From a candidate division NPL-UPA2 bacterium Unc8 (GTDB taxonomy: Bacteria > NPL-UPA2), in the NCBI GenBank assembly GCA_003574845.1, contig NDHY01000003.1:646-64645 (forward strand): a DNA stretch of 64,000 nucleotides, written 5' to 3'. Both the position numbers and the translations under genes were made by a program. The notes below the pieces were generated by a model, which did no database searches, was not told where the DNA came from, and worked only from the letters and a program-made list of their open reading frames with translations. Below, piece by piece: positions 29,217 through 39,134 of this stretch; position 1 is the first letter of the stretch; every line of letters starts with the position of its first letter.

Positions 29217-29827
29217 TATCTTCTTATTGCCTCTATTCTATTCATTATACCTAACAGCAGTCCCAGACTGATAAATGCTCCGGGGGGAAGTATCATCACA
29301 ATAAAAGGAAGGTAGCCCTCGCCAAAAACGGTAACTCCAAAGATAGTGCCCATTCCAACTATCTCCCGTATAGAGCCAAGAATAAGCAGGGAAATGGTGA
29401 ATCCTGCTCCCATTCCCAGAGCATCAATCAATGAATCCAACGTTGAATTCCGAGATGCAAATGCTTCAGCCCGACCGAGAATAATACAGTTAACAACAAT
29501 AAGCGGAATAAAAATTCCTAACTCACGGTGCAGGGCAAAGAAAAACCCTTCCATAAAGAGATCAATCATGGTTACAAATGAAGCAATGACAATGATGAAA
29601 GAAGGAATTCTTACTTTGGAAGGAATAAGATGACGCAAAAGAGATATAATTAAATTTGAGAAGAAAAGCACAAGGAGCGTTGCCAGCCCCATTCCCAATC
29701 CATTTATTGCAGTTGTGGTTACTGCCAGTGCCGGGCACATTCCTAAGAGAAGCCTGCATAATGGATTTTCACTCCACAATCCCCTGGTAAAATTTTTAAA
29801 CAAGTCTATTCCTCCATCACCTGCCAC
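29216..29827 (-). CDS. rnfE: Rnf electron transport complex subunit E
   Basis: RnfE/NqrD family (LLLGMCPALAVTTTAINGLGMGLAT). Confidence 0.8.
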   Translation of the reverse strand: MAGDGGIDLFKNFTRGLWSENPLCRLLLGMCPALAVTTTAINGLGMGLATLLVLFFSNLIISLLRHLIPSKVRIPSFIIVIASFVTMIDLFMEGFFFALHRELGIFIPLIVVNCIILGRAEAFASRNSTLDSLIDALGMGAGFTISLLILGSIREIVGMGTIFGVTVFGEGYLPFIVMILPPGAFISLGLLLGIMNRIEAIRR

Positions 29828-30399
29828 TCTGTCTCTCCTTGTAATATCTCATTTTTCTCACTAAAAAAAAGAGTAAGAGCGGCTTCTACCCCTTCTGAGA
29901 CAGCGCGGGCAGAGACTGTTGCCCCGGTAATTGCATCTATCTCCCCTCCATCCCTTTTTATTTTAATCTCATCGCCAAGTTGCTTTCCTTTAAATTCATT
30001 TAGGAAGAAATTCTCGGTAATTCTCGCGCCAAGTCCGGGGGTTTCTCTATGACTAAGTATCTCAATTCCTGTGATTACCCCTTTGCTATCTATTCCAACA
30101 ATAATTTCTACTGGACCGGCAAAGCCGCGACCATATCCTACAACCGCCACCCCCAACACAACTGGCTCAATATCTCCTACTGCACGGTAAACGGGAACTC
30201 CAGCAAGCTCTTTCCTCTCAATTATCACAGGAATATCCACATGGTCAAGAGCAATGACCTCTCTCACTGCTCTCAGCTCAAACTCCAGCCGTGCGGCAGC
30301 AATCCTTTCTTCAGTCAACTGATGCACCTGGGCAAGTCCAAGAGCAGCAACAAAGCAGATAGTTGCAAGCACCAATATTAGCTTTTTTGCTTCGCTCAT
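29806..30399 (-). CDS. rnfG: Rnf complex subunit G (FMN-binding)
   Basis: N-terminal TM, C-terminal FMN-attachment region IDAITGATVSARAV (SGAT motif). Confidence 0.8.
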   Translation of the reverse strand: MSEAKKLILVLATICFVAALGLAQVHQLTEERIAAARLEFELRAVREVIALDHVDIPVIIERKELAGVPVYRAVGDIEPVVLGVAVVGYGRGFAGPVEIIVGIDSKGVITGIEILSHRETPGLGARITENFFLNEFKGKQLGDEIKIKRDGGEIDAITGATVSARAVSEGVEAALTLFFSEKNEILQGETEWQVMEE

Positions 30400-31388
30400 T
30401 TCTTTCTCCCATAGCGCGGTCTGGTGTAGCGGTCAATTAAAGGAGTAGTGCCATTCATTATTAGAATTGAAAACAAAACTCCCTCCGGAATGCCGCCGAA
30501 AAGCCTGATCAGGGCCGTAAGCAGGCCGCATCCAATCCCAAAGATGAGTTTGCCCTTTCGCAGGAGAGGAGTGGTAACCATATCCGTTGCCATAAAGAAA
30601 GCTCCCAGGAGTAACCCCCCGGTGAGCAAGTGAAAGACAGGGCTGGCATAGTTTTCCGGATTGTGTAGCCAGAACGGTATTGTAAATAACATTACTGTAG
30701 CTACGAAAGAAATAGGAATCTCTGCTGAGATATGCCCCCTGATGAGAAGAAACGTTGCTCCTGCAATAAGAGCAATGGCGGAAACCTCGCCAATAGAGCC
30801 ACTGATGTTTCCAAGAAATGCATCCAGTAAAGACACCTCAACTTCAGCAATGGAAGCACCTTCTTCCTTCAGGATTCCAAGAGGAGTGGCGGTAGATACA
30901 GCATCAATGTTAAAAATGCCGGGAGCTGGCTTTCTCCAGGTTGTCATTTGTTCAGGGAAAGAAATAAGGAGAACTGCCCGCCCGACGAGAGCGGGATTAA
31001 AAGGATTTTTTCCAAGTCCGCCGAATACCTGTTTCCCAAGAGATATGGCAATTACCCCTCCTACTCCAGCCAGCCATAATGGCACTCCCGGGGGAAGAGT
31101 AAGAGATAGGAGTATTCCGGTAAGAGCAGCACTTCCATCATTAATGGTAACTTTTTTTCGACAGGACTTTTGAATTAAGGCTTCAGTAAGAATAGCGCTA
31201 ATAGTTACAGTAAGAATAACGGATAGTGCAGCAACACCGAAGATGTAGATGCCCACTATAACTGCAGGTGAAAGAGAGAGAATCGTCTCCCACATAATTC
31301 GCATGGTCGTCATTTTCCCGCGCAAGTGAGGAGAGACAGAGACAACCAGATTCTTACTACTATTCTTTGCTTCTTTCACTCTTTGCAT
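30396..31388 (-). CDS. rnfD: Rnf complex subunit D
   Basis: NqrB/RnfD family, VSVSPHLRG N-terminal motif. Start placed at MQRVKEAK. The longer ORF to 31487 overlaps rnfC. Confidence 0.8.
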   Translation of the reverse strand: MQRVKEAKNSSKNLVVSVSPHLRGKMTTMRIMWETILSLSPAVIVGIYIFGVAALSVILTVTISAILTEALIQKSCRKKVTINDGSAALTGILLSLTLPPGVPLWLAGVGGVIAISLGKQVFGGLGKNPFNPALVGRAVLLISFPEQMTTWRKPAPGIFNIDAVSTATPLGILKEEGASIAEVEVSLLDAFLGNISGSIGEVSAIALIAGATFLLIRGHISAEIPISFVATVMLFTIPFWLHNPENYASPVFHLLTGGLLLGAFFMATDMVTTPLLRKGKLIFGIGCGLLTALIRLFGGIPEGVLFSILIMNGTTPLIDRYTRPRYGRKK

Positions 31389-32685
31389 ATTTAATTGACT
31401 GGACGAGAGGTATTCTTGCTGGACAGGTATAGGCGCAGGCACCGCATTCAATGCAATCAAGGAGCCCATAATCTTCTGTTTCGGCAAATTGCTCCATCTG
31501 CACTAACGCAAAAATCATATTAGGCATCAATTGATATGGAGACATCGGGCACACAGCAGTGCACTTTCCACACCTGATACAATCAAGATATTCCCCACTA
31601 CTAATCTCTTCAGTTGTCTGAACGAGAATGCCCGAGGTCCCTTTAATGACAGGGGTCTCGCTTGTCCACTGTGCCATGCCCATCATTGGGCCTCCTGTGA
31701 TAATCTTACCGGGTTTCCCCCGATAACCCCCACAATTCTCATCAATCAAGTTACAAATTAACGTTCCGATCCGCACCCTCAGATTTTTTGGCTCCATTAT
31801 CCCGGAACCAGTAACAGTTATTACTCTCTCAATAAGTGGCTTTCGCCGCTCAACCGCTTCCCAAACCGCAAAAGCTGTTCCCACATTACTCACCAGCACC
31901 CCAATCTCAAATGGCAAACCTCCCGATGGGACATCCTTTCCAAGAAGCGTCTTAATGAGCTGCCTTTCTCCACCCTGGGGATACTTTGCCTTAATAACTC
32001 TTAACTCAAGATTTAATAGTTCCTTAATTTCTTCCTTAATTGCCCTTATTGCTTCTAACTTATCATCTTCAATCCCGATGTATCCACGCTTGACGTTGGC
32101 AGCCTTCATTAACAACTGGAATCCCTCAACAACGCCTTTTGGATTTTCCACCATCAGGCGCTCATCGCAGGTCAAATATGGTTCACATTCAGCTCCGTTG
32201 AGTATGTAGATATCTATATTCTTCGGTGGAGAAAGTTTAACATGCGTTGGAAACTGGGCACCTCCCAGGCCGACAATGCCAGCTTCTTTAATAATCTCTT
32301 TTATCTTCTCAGACGTTAAGTTATTAGGCTTTTGACCGGAGGCTTTGACTTCACTTACCCATTCATCTTTTCCATCAGATTTGATGACTATAGATGAAAT
32401 ATTGTTCAATCCTGAAGGGTGGGGAAAAGCCTTGATTTTGATTACCTCTCCTGAGATGCTTGAATGAACTGGCGCTGATATATTTGCTGTGGCACGTCCG
32501 ATTACCTCACCGGTTTTCACCTGACTTCCAGTGGAGACCAGGGGTTCTGCGGGGGCGCCTACATGCTGAGAGAGTGGGATGACTACCTGCTGCGGCAGAT
32601 GCGCACTCTCTATCCTCTTGTTCCTTGTTGCTTCTTTTCTTTGTGGGAAATGAACCCCTCCTGGAAAACCAAAAAAACCCTTCAT
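31360..32685 (-). CDS. rnfC: Rnf complex subunit C (NADH-binding, two 4Fe-4S ferredoxin motifs)
   Basis: CIRCGKCTAVCP and CIECGACAYTCP ferredoxin motifs. Start at MKGFFGFPGGVHFP. Confidence 0.85.
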   Translation of the reverse strand: MKGFFGFPGGVHFPQRKEATRNKRIESAHLPQQVVIPLSQHVGAPAEPLVSTGSQVKTGEVIGRATANISAPVHSSISGEVIKIKAFPHPSGLNNISSIVIKSDGKDEWVSEVKASGQKPNNLTSEKIKEIIKEAGIVGLGGAQFPTHVKLSPPKNIDIYILNGAECEPYLTCDERLMVENPKGVVEGFQLLMKAANVKRGYIGIEDDKLEAIRAIKEEIKELLNLELRVIKAKYPQGGERQLIKTLLGKDVPSGGLPFEIGVLVSNVGTAFAVWEAVERRKPLIERVITVTGSGIMEPKNLRVRIGTLICNLIDENCGGYRGKPGKIITGGPMMGMAQWTSETPVIKGTSGILVQTTEEISSGEYLDCIRCGKCTAVCPMSPYQLMPNMIFALVQMEQFAETEDYGLLDCIECGACAYTCPARIPLVQSIKYAKSERSKE

Positions 32686-32744
32686 ATGGAGGCACAATAA
32701 GACAGATTTGCTTATTTGGCAAGAGATTTTTGCTTTAGCTGGTG

Positions 32745-34193
32745 CTATTCCTGCTCAATACCAGCGATGACTCGCGCCAGTTTCTTCTTGTATTCCATAT
32801 CAGCCTGTCTGGAGATTACTACCCTTTGAGCCTGCGGAGAGCCAGCCCCATGTAAAGATTCCGTCCTGTAACCAACCGCAGCCGTTCCCAAAGTTAGGTT
32901 TTCAATTAAACGTATCATTCTTATTCTACTTTCAGCAGGCACCTCAGCAGCGCCTCTAAGATACTTCTGCATATGCTTGCCGAGCTCTGGATGGCGCAAG
33001 TCTTCTTCAGAAGGAAGCGTTACCATAAGTCCTCCGGTAATATCCTCAGCCAGGCGGGCTATTTCATATGGGAATCTGGTTACATTTTGTTTGCAGACAT
33101 TAGCCAGTAGCAAATCTACAAAATATGTTCCCGATGCCGTAGGATACCCCTGACTGGAACAAGCAATGCCGCAGGAATATAAGGTCTCATTCAAATGAAC
33201 CATTTCAATTAGCTTATCTCTAATATGAGATGCCTTAGCTACTCCATTATACTCTGCCATCTGAGCAGCCGCTCCTATGAGAACATCCCCTACCCCTACC
33301 TTACAGCCACCATAACTCTGGCGATGGTAGCCAGCAAAGCGCTCCACAATAATCCCGGCAAAGTTATATTCACCACACATAAAAACCCGTTCCATAGGAA
33401 CAAACACATCCTCAAAAACTATCATAGCCTCAAGACTTCCATAACGGCAGTTGCCAACATCAATATTTCCTTGCTCTAATTTACGGGTATCGCATGATTG
33501 TCTGCCACAGATATGGGTAATGCCTTCGGTATTACTGGGAATAGCGAAGGATACCGCGTAATCTTTATCTTCTTCCATTAATGCCATTGTCGGCATAACA
33601 AGAATTTCGTGGGAAGCAATCGCCCCGGTTTGGTGTAATTTTGCTCCTCTAACAACTATTCCATCATTTTTTTTCTCTACTATTCGCAAATATAAATCCG
33701 GGTCTGTTTGTTCTAATGGTCTTTTGGAACGATCTCCTTTGGGGTCTGTCATTGCCCCATCTACAACCAGGTCCTTCTCTTGCACATACTTCAAAAAATC
33801 ACGGAAACGTTTGTGATATTCCATATGTAGCTCATCGTCCATTTCTCTGGTAACGCTATCAACAGCGTTAAAAGCATCAAGCCCCGGGCACCTTTGAAAG
33901 CAAGCAGCCGTTTTTTGTCCCATTAAACGTTGCATCTTAACCTTCTCTATTAAATCAGTCGTGCTCTGATGCAGATGGGTAAAGCGATTGATTTTTTTTC
34001 CTGTCAGATTAGACCTTGCAGTCATTAAAGCCTCATACCTCGGATTCTGTGCCAGTTCATATGTTTTTGCTGCCGAATTTATTGAGGGCCGGATGATAGG
34101 ATTATCAACAACATCATCAACTTTTTTACCAAAGAGATAAACTTTAGCCTTTAACTTACGCAAACTATCCAAATACTGTTCTGAAGTAATCAT
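32745..34193 (-). CDS. abfD: 4-hydroxybutyryl-CoA dehydratase / vinylacetyl-CoA delta-isomerase
   Basis: Very close match across the whole length to the Clostridium aminobutyricum AbfD sequence as I recall it (ITSEQYLDSLRKL..RPSIN..TYELAQ..RFTHLHQST.DL..KVKMQRL.GQKTA.CFQRC.G.DAFNAV; C-terminal GYRTES.HGAGSPQAQR). 482 aa. Confidence 0.8.
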   Translation of the reverse strand: MITSEQYLDSLRKLKAKVYLFGKKVDDVVDNPIIRPSINSAAKTYELAQNPRYEALMTARSNLTGKKINRFTHLHQSTTDLIEKVKMQRLMGQKTAACFQRCPGLDAFNAVDSVTREMDDELHMEYHKRFRDFLKYVQEKDLVVDGAMTDPKGDRSKRPLEQTDPDLYLRIVEKKNDGIVVRGAKLHQTGAIASHEILVMPTMALMEEDKDYAVSFAIPSNTEGITHICGRQSCDTRKLEQGNIDVGNCRYGSLEAMIVFEDVFVPMERVFMCGEYNFAGIIVERFAGYHRQSYGGCKVGVGDVLIGAAAQMAEYNGVAKASHIRDKLIEMVHLNETLYSCGIACSSQGYPTASGTYFVDLLLANVCKQNVTRFPYEIARLAEDITGGLMVTLPSEEDLRHPELGKHMQKYLRGAAEVPAESRIRMIRLIENLTLGTAAVGYRTESLHGAGSPQAQRVVISRQADMEYKKKLARVIAGIEQE

Positions 34194-34214
34194 ATCTCAC
34201 CTCCTTCTATAACT

Positions 34215-34478
34215 ATTCAGAGAGCACCAGGCACCAATTACAAACTCTAAATCCTAAACACTAAACCCTAAATCCTAAATCCTAAATCCTAAACTCTAAA
34301 CCCTAAATCCTACCCTGAACTTGATTCAGGGCTAAATAAATTCAAATGTTCCAAATCCAAATAACCAAAACTACGTCTTGAATTTCGGTCATTTGAGTTT
34401 TGAGTTTGTTTCGAGTTTCGTATTTAGAGTTTAGGCTTCTCTGTGCCTTTGTGCCCTTGTGCCTTTGTTTATTGCCTG
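34215..34478. repeat. composite intergenic repeat element, copy D
   Basis: agcaccaggcaccaattacaaactctaaa. About 9 tandem CCTAAAT-type heptamers (34246-34312). Inverted heptamer arm gagttttgagtttgtttcgagtttcgtatttagagtttagg (34391-34435). tgtgcctttgtgcccttgtgcctttg tail. Confidence 0.6.
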
Positions 34479-36176
34479 CTAAGACCTGAGGTGATTCCAG
34501 GGGAGAGTCTCTTCCTGAGGGCGTACTCGCCGGGCATAGAAAGAAGGGTCAACCCCGCACCCGGAGAAAGCTTCCTCCCAGAGATGAAATTTAAAGTGTT
34601 CGCTCCATCCATCAAAACGACAGCCCTTTTTCCATGCCTCAAGAATAACTTTTCCTGTCCGTCGGTCTCCACGAGCAAGCACTGCTTCAAGGAAAGCTGC
34701 TTCTGTATCATGCCAGTTCAACTTTATCCTTCGGTTACGGAGCAGACCCTGCAAAAACCGTTGCTTTTCACGCAATTCATCTATTCCTGCCATCTCCTTT
34801 CTCTCAAATGGTGTCTGTGCCTTGGGAACAAAACTTGAAAGACTTATCCTTAGTCTCATCTTTCCACCGCTGACCCTGAGCACCTCCCGTGCCAGGGCAC
34901 CAATTCCCTTAAGGTCTTCATCGTTTTCGGTCGGCAACCCAATCATAAAGTATAATTTTAGCCCTCTCCAGCCACTTTCAGCCAAAAGCCTGACCGCTCT
35001 AAAAAGATCTTCTTCAGCAAACTTTTTATTGATTATGCGACGCAACCGCTCGCTCCCTGTTTCAGGAGCAAAAGTAATTCCGGTTTTCTTTTTCTTTCCT
35101 AACTCCTCAATTAGGCGAATGGAAAAACTATCAACGTGCAAAGAAGAAAGAGAAATAGACACATTCCTTAATTCCTGCCTCTTTCTTAAATTTCCCACCA
35201 GTTCCTCAAGATAAGGATAATCACCACTGGATAAAGATGAAAGGGATATTTCATCATAGCCCGTATTTTTTATTGAGGCAACGGCAATCTCTGTCAGAGT
35301 ATCCATGTCTCTCCTGCGGCACAACTGATAAAATGCTCTTGCCTGGCAAAAGTGACACATTCGCGGACATCCTCTCATTATCTCCAACGTAACCCGCTCA
35401 TGAACAATATCTAAATAAGGAACAATTAGAGAAGTAGGGAAAAATGCCCTATCAAGATCAAGAACAGCTTGTCTCTTCACACGAGAAGGAATGCCTTCAT
35501 CAGCAGGAGTAATTTTATCAACAGTTCCATTGCAGGAATAGTTGACTTTGTATAAGGATGGAACATAAATCCCCTCATTTTTTGCCAACCCTTTCAACAA
35601 GCACTCTTTACCACTTTTTTTGTCTTCTATCTTCCATTTCTGATAGTAACGAACGAGCTTCGGCAGTGTCTCTTCTCCATCTCCCATAATAAAGACATCA
35701 ATAAAATCTGCCATAGGTTCAGGATTGAGGGTGCCTATTCCCCCGGCAATAATCAGTGGAATGTCACCTTCCCTTTCGCGGCAAAGAAGGGGCAGTCGGG
35801 AAAGGTCAATCATATTAAGTATATTTGTAAGCACAAGCTCATAAGGGAGGGTAAATCCGATGATGTCAAACTTACGCAGAGGGAGATGAGACTCAAGCGA
35901 GAAAAGAGGGATTGCTTTTTCCCGCAGGAATTTTTCCATATCAGCTTCAGGTGCATAAACTCTCTCAGCAGCAACTCCATCCAGATTGTTAAGTAGATGA
36001 TAAAGGATAGAAAACCCAAGGTGAGACATACCTACTTCATAGAGGTCAGGATAGGCAAGGGCAACTCGGAGCGCTACTGACTGTGATTTGTGGGTGCTGT
36101 TCCACTCATTGCCAACATACTGTGCCGGTTTTGAAACAAGGGGAAGCACCTCTTTTGCTAATATTTTATGCAGCAT
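34479..36176 (-). CDS. B12-binding-domain radical SAM protein (TIGR03960-like uncharacterised radical SAM family)
   Basis: N-terminal B12-binding-like domain. RGCPRMCHFCQ is CxxxCxxC. 565 aa. Confidence 0.7.
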   Translation of the reverse strand: MLHKILAKEVLPLVSKPAQYVGNEWNSTHKSQSVALRVALAYPDLYEVGMSHLGFSILYHLLNNLDGVAAERVYAPEADMEKFLREKAIPLFSLESHLPLRKFDIIGFTLPYELVLTNILNMIDLSRLPLLCREREGDIPLIIAGGIGTLNPEPMADFIDVFIMGDGEETLPKLVRYYQKWKIEDKKSGKECLLKGLAKNEGIYVPSLYKVNYSCNGTVDKITPADEGIPSRVKRQAVLDLDRAFFPTSLIVPYLDIVHERVTLEIMRGCPRMCHFCQARAFYQLCRRRDMDTLTEIAVASIKNTGYDEISLSSLSSGDYPYLEELVGNLRKRQELRNVSISLSSLHVDSFSIRLIEELGKKKKTGITFAPETGSERLRRIINKKFAEEDLFRAVRLLAESGWRGLKLYFMIGLPTENDEDLKGIGALAREVLRVSGGKMRLRISLSSFVPKAQTPFERKEMAGIDELREKQRFLQGLLRNRRIKLNWHDTEAAFLEAVLARGDRRTGKVILEAWKKGCRFDGWSEHFKFHLWEEAFSGCGVDPSFYARRVRPQEETLPWNHLRS

Positions 36177-36180
36177 CTCT

Positions 36181-36290
36181 AACAGTCACCAGTTTAAGAA
36201 CTAATTCAAAAGTTAAAAGTTAAAAGGCAAAAGTGCAAGTTAAAAGTTTGTGCCTTTGCCACTCTGTGTCTTTATTTATATACAGAGTCA
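36181..36290. repeat. composite intergenic repeat element, copy E
   Basis: aacagtcaccagtttaagaactaattcaaaagttaaaagttaaaaggcaaaagtgcaagttaaaagtttgtgcctttgccactctgtgtc. Shares 45 nt (caccagtttaagaactaattcaaaagttaaaagt) identically with copy C. Confidence 0.6.
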
Positions 36291-37531
36291 GAGAGGGTCT
36301 TAAAAAAAGCAGAGTTCGTTTTTATCTTTTTCAATCGCGCCGTCAGCTTCTCTATCGCTTCAACAATATCAAGCGAACTAAGTGCCCTGCGGAGAAGCCA
36401 CGCTTTCTGAAGCTCTCCATCAGACAGAAGAAGGTCTTCCCTTCTCGTTGAAGATTTCTCAATATCTATTGCAGGAAAAATTCTTTTATCAACAAGTCTC
36501 CGATCAAGTCTGAGTTCCATATTTCCGGTCGCCTTGAATTCCTCAAAAATTACATCATCCATCCTGCTTCCTGTATCAATGAGACAGGTGGCAATAATCG
36601 TTAGACTTCCTCCTTCTTCAATGTTTCTGGCAGTGCCAAAGAATTTCTTTGGCTTGGTCAAAGCATTAGAGTCAACTCCGCCTGAAAGTATCTTTCCACT
36701 ATGAGGAATAATTGTGTTGTGGGCACGGGCAAGTCTGGTGAGACTGTCAAGAAGAATAACCACATCTTTCCCATGCTCAGCTAAACGTTTCGCTTTTTCA
36801 ATGACCATATTCGCCACCTGAACATGCCGCTCCGGCGGCTCATCAAAGGTAGAGCTTATTACTTCACCCTTGACTGAACGCTCCATCATTGTTACCTCCT
36901 CCGGGCGCTCAGAGATAAGCAGCACAATAAGGATAACATCCGGGTGGTTCACCGCAATACTATTGGCAATCTTCTGTAACAGGATTGTCTTGCCGGCACG
37001 CGGCGGAGAAACAATAAGTCCGCGCTGTCCTTTCCCCACCGGGGTAAACAGGTCCATAACCCGCATAGAGATTTCATCAGTGGTCGTCTCTAATTTAAAC
37101 CGCTTTTCAGGAAATAAAGGAGTTAAATTATCAAAGAAAATCTTATCTTTTTCTATTTCCGGGTCCTCATGATTGACAGCTTCCACCTTAAGAAGAGCAA
37201 AATATCGCTCTGTTTCCTTGGGCAATCTTACCTGTCCGGAAACGGCATCTCCCGTGATCAGGCTGAACTTTTTAATTTGAGAAGGGGAGACGTAGATATC
37301 GTCCGGCCCTGGAAGATAGTTATAGTTTGCTGACCTTAGAAACCCGTATCCCTCAGGTAAAGTCTCAAGCACTCCTTCTCCAAAGATAAGCCCATTCTTC
37401 TCTGTCTGTGCCTGAATAATATTAAATATTAATTCCTGTTTTTTTAATGTTCTAAACCCGATGATATTAAACCCGGAAGCCACCTTGTGCAGCTCTGAAA
37501 TCGCCATTTCCTTTAATTCTTTGATATTCAT
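36272..37531 (-). CDS. rho: transcription termination factor Rho
   Basis: N-terminal [20 protein letters not shown]. RecA-like core with Walker A SPPRAGKT. 419 aa from the internal start. Confidence 0.9.
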   Translation of the reverse strand: MNIKELKEMAISELHKVASGFNIIGFRTLKKQELIFNIIQAQTEKNGLIFGEGVLETLPEGYGFLRSANYNYLPGPDDIYVSPSQIKKFSLITGDAVSGQVRLPKETERYFALLKVEAVNHEDPEIEKDKIFFDNLTPLFPEKRFKLETTTDEISMRVMDLFTPVGKGQRGLIVSPPRAGKTILLQKIANSIAVNHPDVILIVLLISERPEEVTMMERSVKGEVISSTFDEPPERHVQVANMVIEKAKRLAEHGKDVVILLDSLTRLARAHNTIIPHSGKILSGGVDSNALTKPKKFFGTARNIEEGGSLTIIATCLIDTGSRMDDVIFEEFKATGNMELRLDRRLVDKRIFPAIDIEKSSTRREDLLLSDGELQKAWLLRRALSSLDIVEAIEKLTARLKKIKTNSAFFKTLSDSVYK

Positions 37532-37547
37532 TCCTGAACCTCCATTA

Positions 37548-38141
37548 CTATATTTCATTCCAAATCTTCCCAACCTGCTTCCTTGCCCAGGTTAAATTTC
37601 CATTATTCTCAACTATGTAATCAGCTAATTTCACTTTCATAGCAAGTGGAAGTTGAGAATCAATGCGCTTCTTTATCTCCACCTGCGTTAATCCCCTCTT
37701 CACTAAGCGCTTCCTCTGGATGTGACCAGGAGCATTAACAACGATTAATTTATCCATCAGTGAGACAAGGCCTGACTCAATTAAAAGAGGAGCATCAATG
37801 ACAATAACCACTTGCTTCTGATTTGTTTCCCGGCTTATCTTTTCCCTGACTGCCTCAATAACAAGAGGATGGATAATTTTCTCTAATTTTTTTTGCTTGT
37901 CCTTATTGGTAAAGATTATTTTTCCTAACCTTTTTCTATTGATAACTAAATTTTTATTTAAGATTTCATCTCCAAATTCATCCACAACCTTTCGCCATGC
38001 TATCGTTCCACGCTTCAGAAAACGATGGGCTACTCTATCAACATCTATAACCTTTGCCCCTAACCGACCCAACATCTCAGCTATGGTGCTTTTACCCGTA
38101 GCTATTCCTCCTGTTACTCCAACAATAATCGTTCTTTTCAT
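37548..38141 (-). CDS. coaE: dephospho-CoA kinase
   Basis: [20 protein letters not shown]-loop. About 197 aa from the internal start. Confidence 0.85.
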   Translation of the reverse strand: MKRTIIVGVTGGIATGKSTIAEMLGRLGAKVIDVDRVAHRFLKRGTIAWRKVVDEFGDEILNKNLVINRKRLGKIIFTNKDKQKKLEKIIHPLVIEAVREKISRETNQKQVVIVIDAPLLIESGLVSLMDKLIVVNAPGHIQRKRLVKRGLTQVEIKKRIDSQLPLAMKVKLADYIVENNGNLTWARKQVGKIWNEI

Positions 38142-38188
38142 CCTCCAAAGAACTCCAGCAAATATGCCCTTCAGTCTAACAGCCTGAC

Positions 38189-38785
38189 TCAGAGGCTTGT
38201 TTTCAATGGGGCACAAGAGTTGATATTAGTAAAACAATTAGAGCTGATGGCGCTCGACCTGATAAGCTCATCAATGTTCAGTTCGGCAAGGTGAGAAACG
38301 CGGTTGTAGAGCTGCGAAATCTTAGTTATATCTTGTTCAAACATTTTTTCTATCTCATTCGTGATTGATTTTGAATAGAGTGCAGAGAGCGGTTCATAGT
38401 AGCCATTTTGCCATTGTGGTACCGCTATATCATAGGCACTGAATTTTTGCAATTCCTCCAGCAGCCTTATATCAAAGAAGGGCATATCACAGGCAAGAAT
38501 GAATACTTGATTATACCTGGCATGAGAAAGGGCAGAATAAATTCCTCCTAATGGCCCTTTTTCAGCTACAACATCCATCTTTACAGGAAAATCAGCTACT
38601 ATTGATTGAGACAGTTGGAAGAAGAAATCATCACTTAAGGATGAGAGCGAACGCCAGACTTCTCTTGATAGTTGACTCTCATTTAGGAAATAGCCTGCCT
38701 TATTTCCCATGAACCTACTCCCCTCACCGCCACATAAAATGGCAATTGACAGGCTATGATGCTTCAAGATATGCTCTTCTAACAA
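38189..38785 (-). CDS. MobA-like NTP transferase (molybdenum cofactor guanylyltransferase family)
   Basis: LCGGEGSRFMG resembles the MobA LAGGxSxRMG motif. 198 aa. Confidence 0.5.
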   Translation of the reverse strand: MLEEHILKHHSLSIAILCGGEGSRFMGNKAGYFLNESQLSREVWRSLSSLSDDFFFQLSQSIVADFPVKMDVVAEKGPLGGIYSALSHARYNQVFILACDMPFFDIRLLEELQKFSAYDIAVPQWQNGYYEPLSALYSKSITNEIEKMFEQDITKISQLYNRVSHLAELNIDELIRSSAISSNCFTNINSCAPLKTSL

Positions 38786-39134
38786 AATGCAAATAAAATC
38801 TAAATTTCTCTGAATTTGTCATTATCTATATCTATCTTCAATGAAGATCAGGATAGACAATTAAAGGAAAGGTGAATTAAGCAAAGCTAAAACATATTAA
38901 ACCACTTGCATTTTATTGATTATACTGATGGGAGTACAAACATTTATTATGTTACATATGGTTGGCCGTTGAATCTGTCTTTACTTTACCACAGTAAAAC
39001 AAATAATGTCAAGGAAAATCAATTCCATGGGAATGAACCCTCTAAAATAATAAAAATTTAACATCTTGTTTAACCTGTCAAATCTTGCTCGGGTTTGCTG
39101 GTTTATATTGCGATTAAAAAAATAGTCGCCGTCT

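Noticed and set aside
30396-31487. 363-aa version of rnfD overlapping rnfC by 128 nt
   Set aside because: The conserved RnfD N-terminal SPH motif lies downstream of the internal Met at 31388. The shorter start was chosen.
34246-34312. Possible CRISPR array (regular short repeats)
   Set aside because: Units are 7 bp, contiguous, with no spacers. No cas1 or cas2 nearby. It is a simple tandem repeat inside the composite element.
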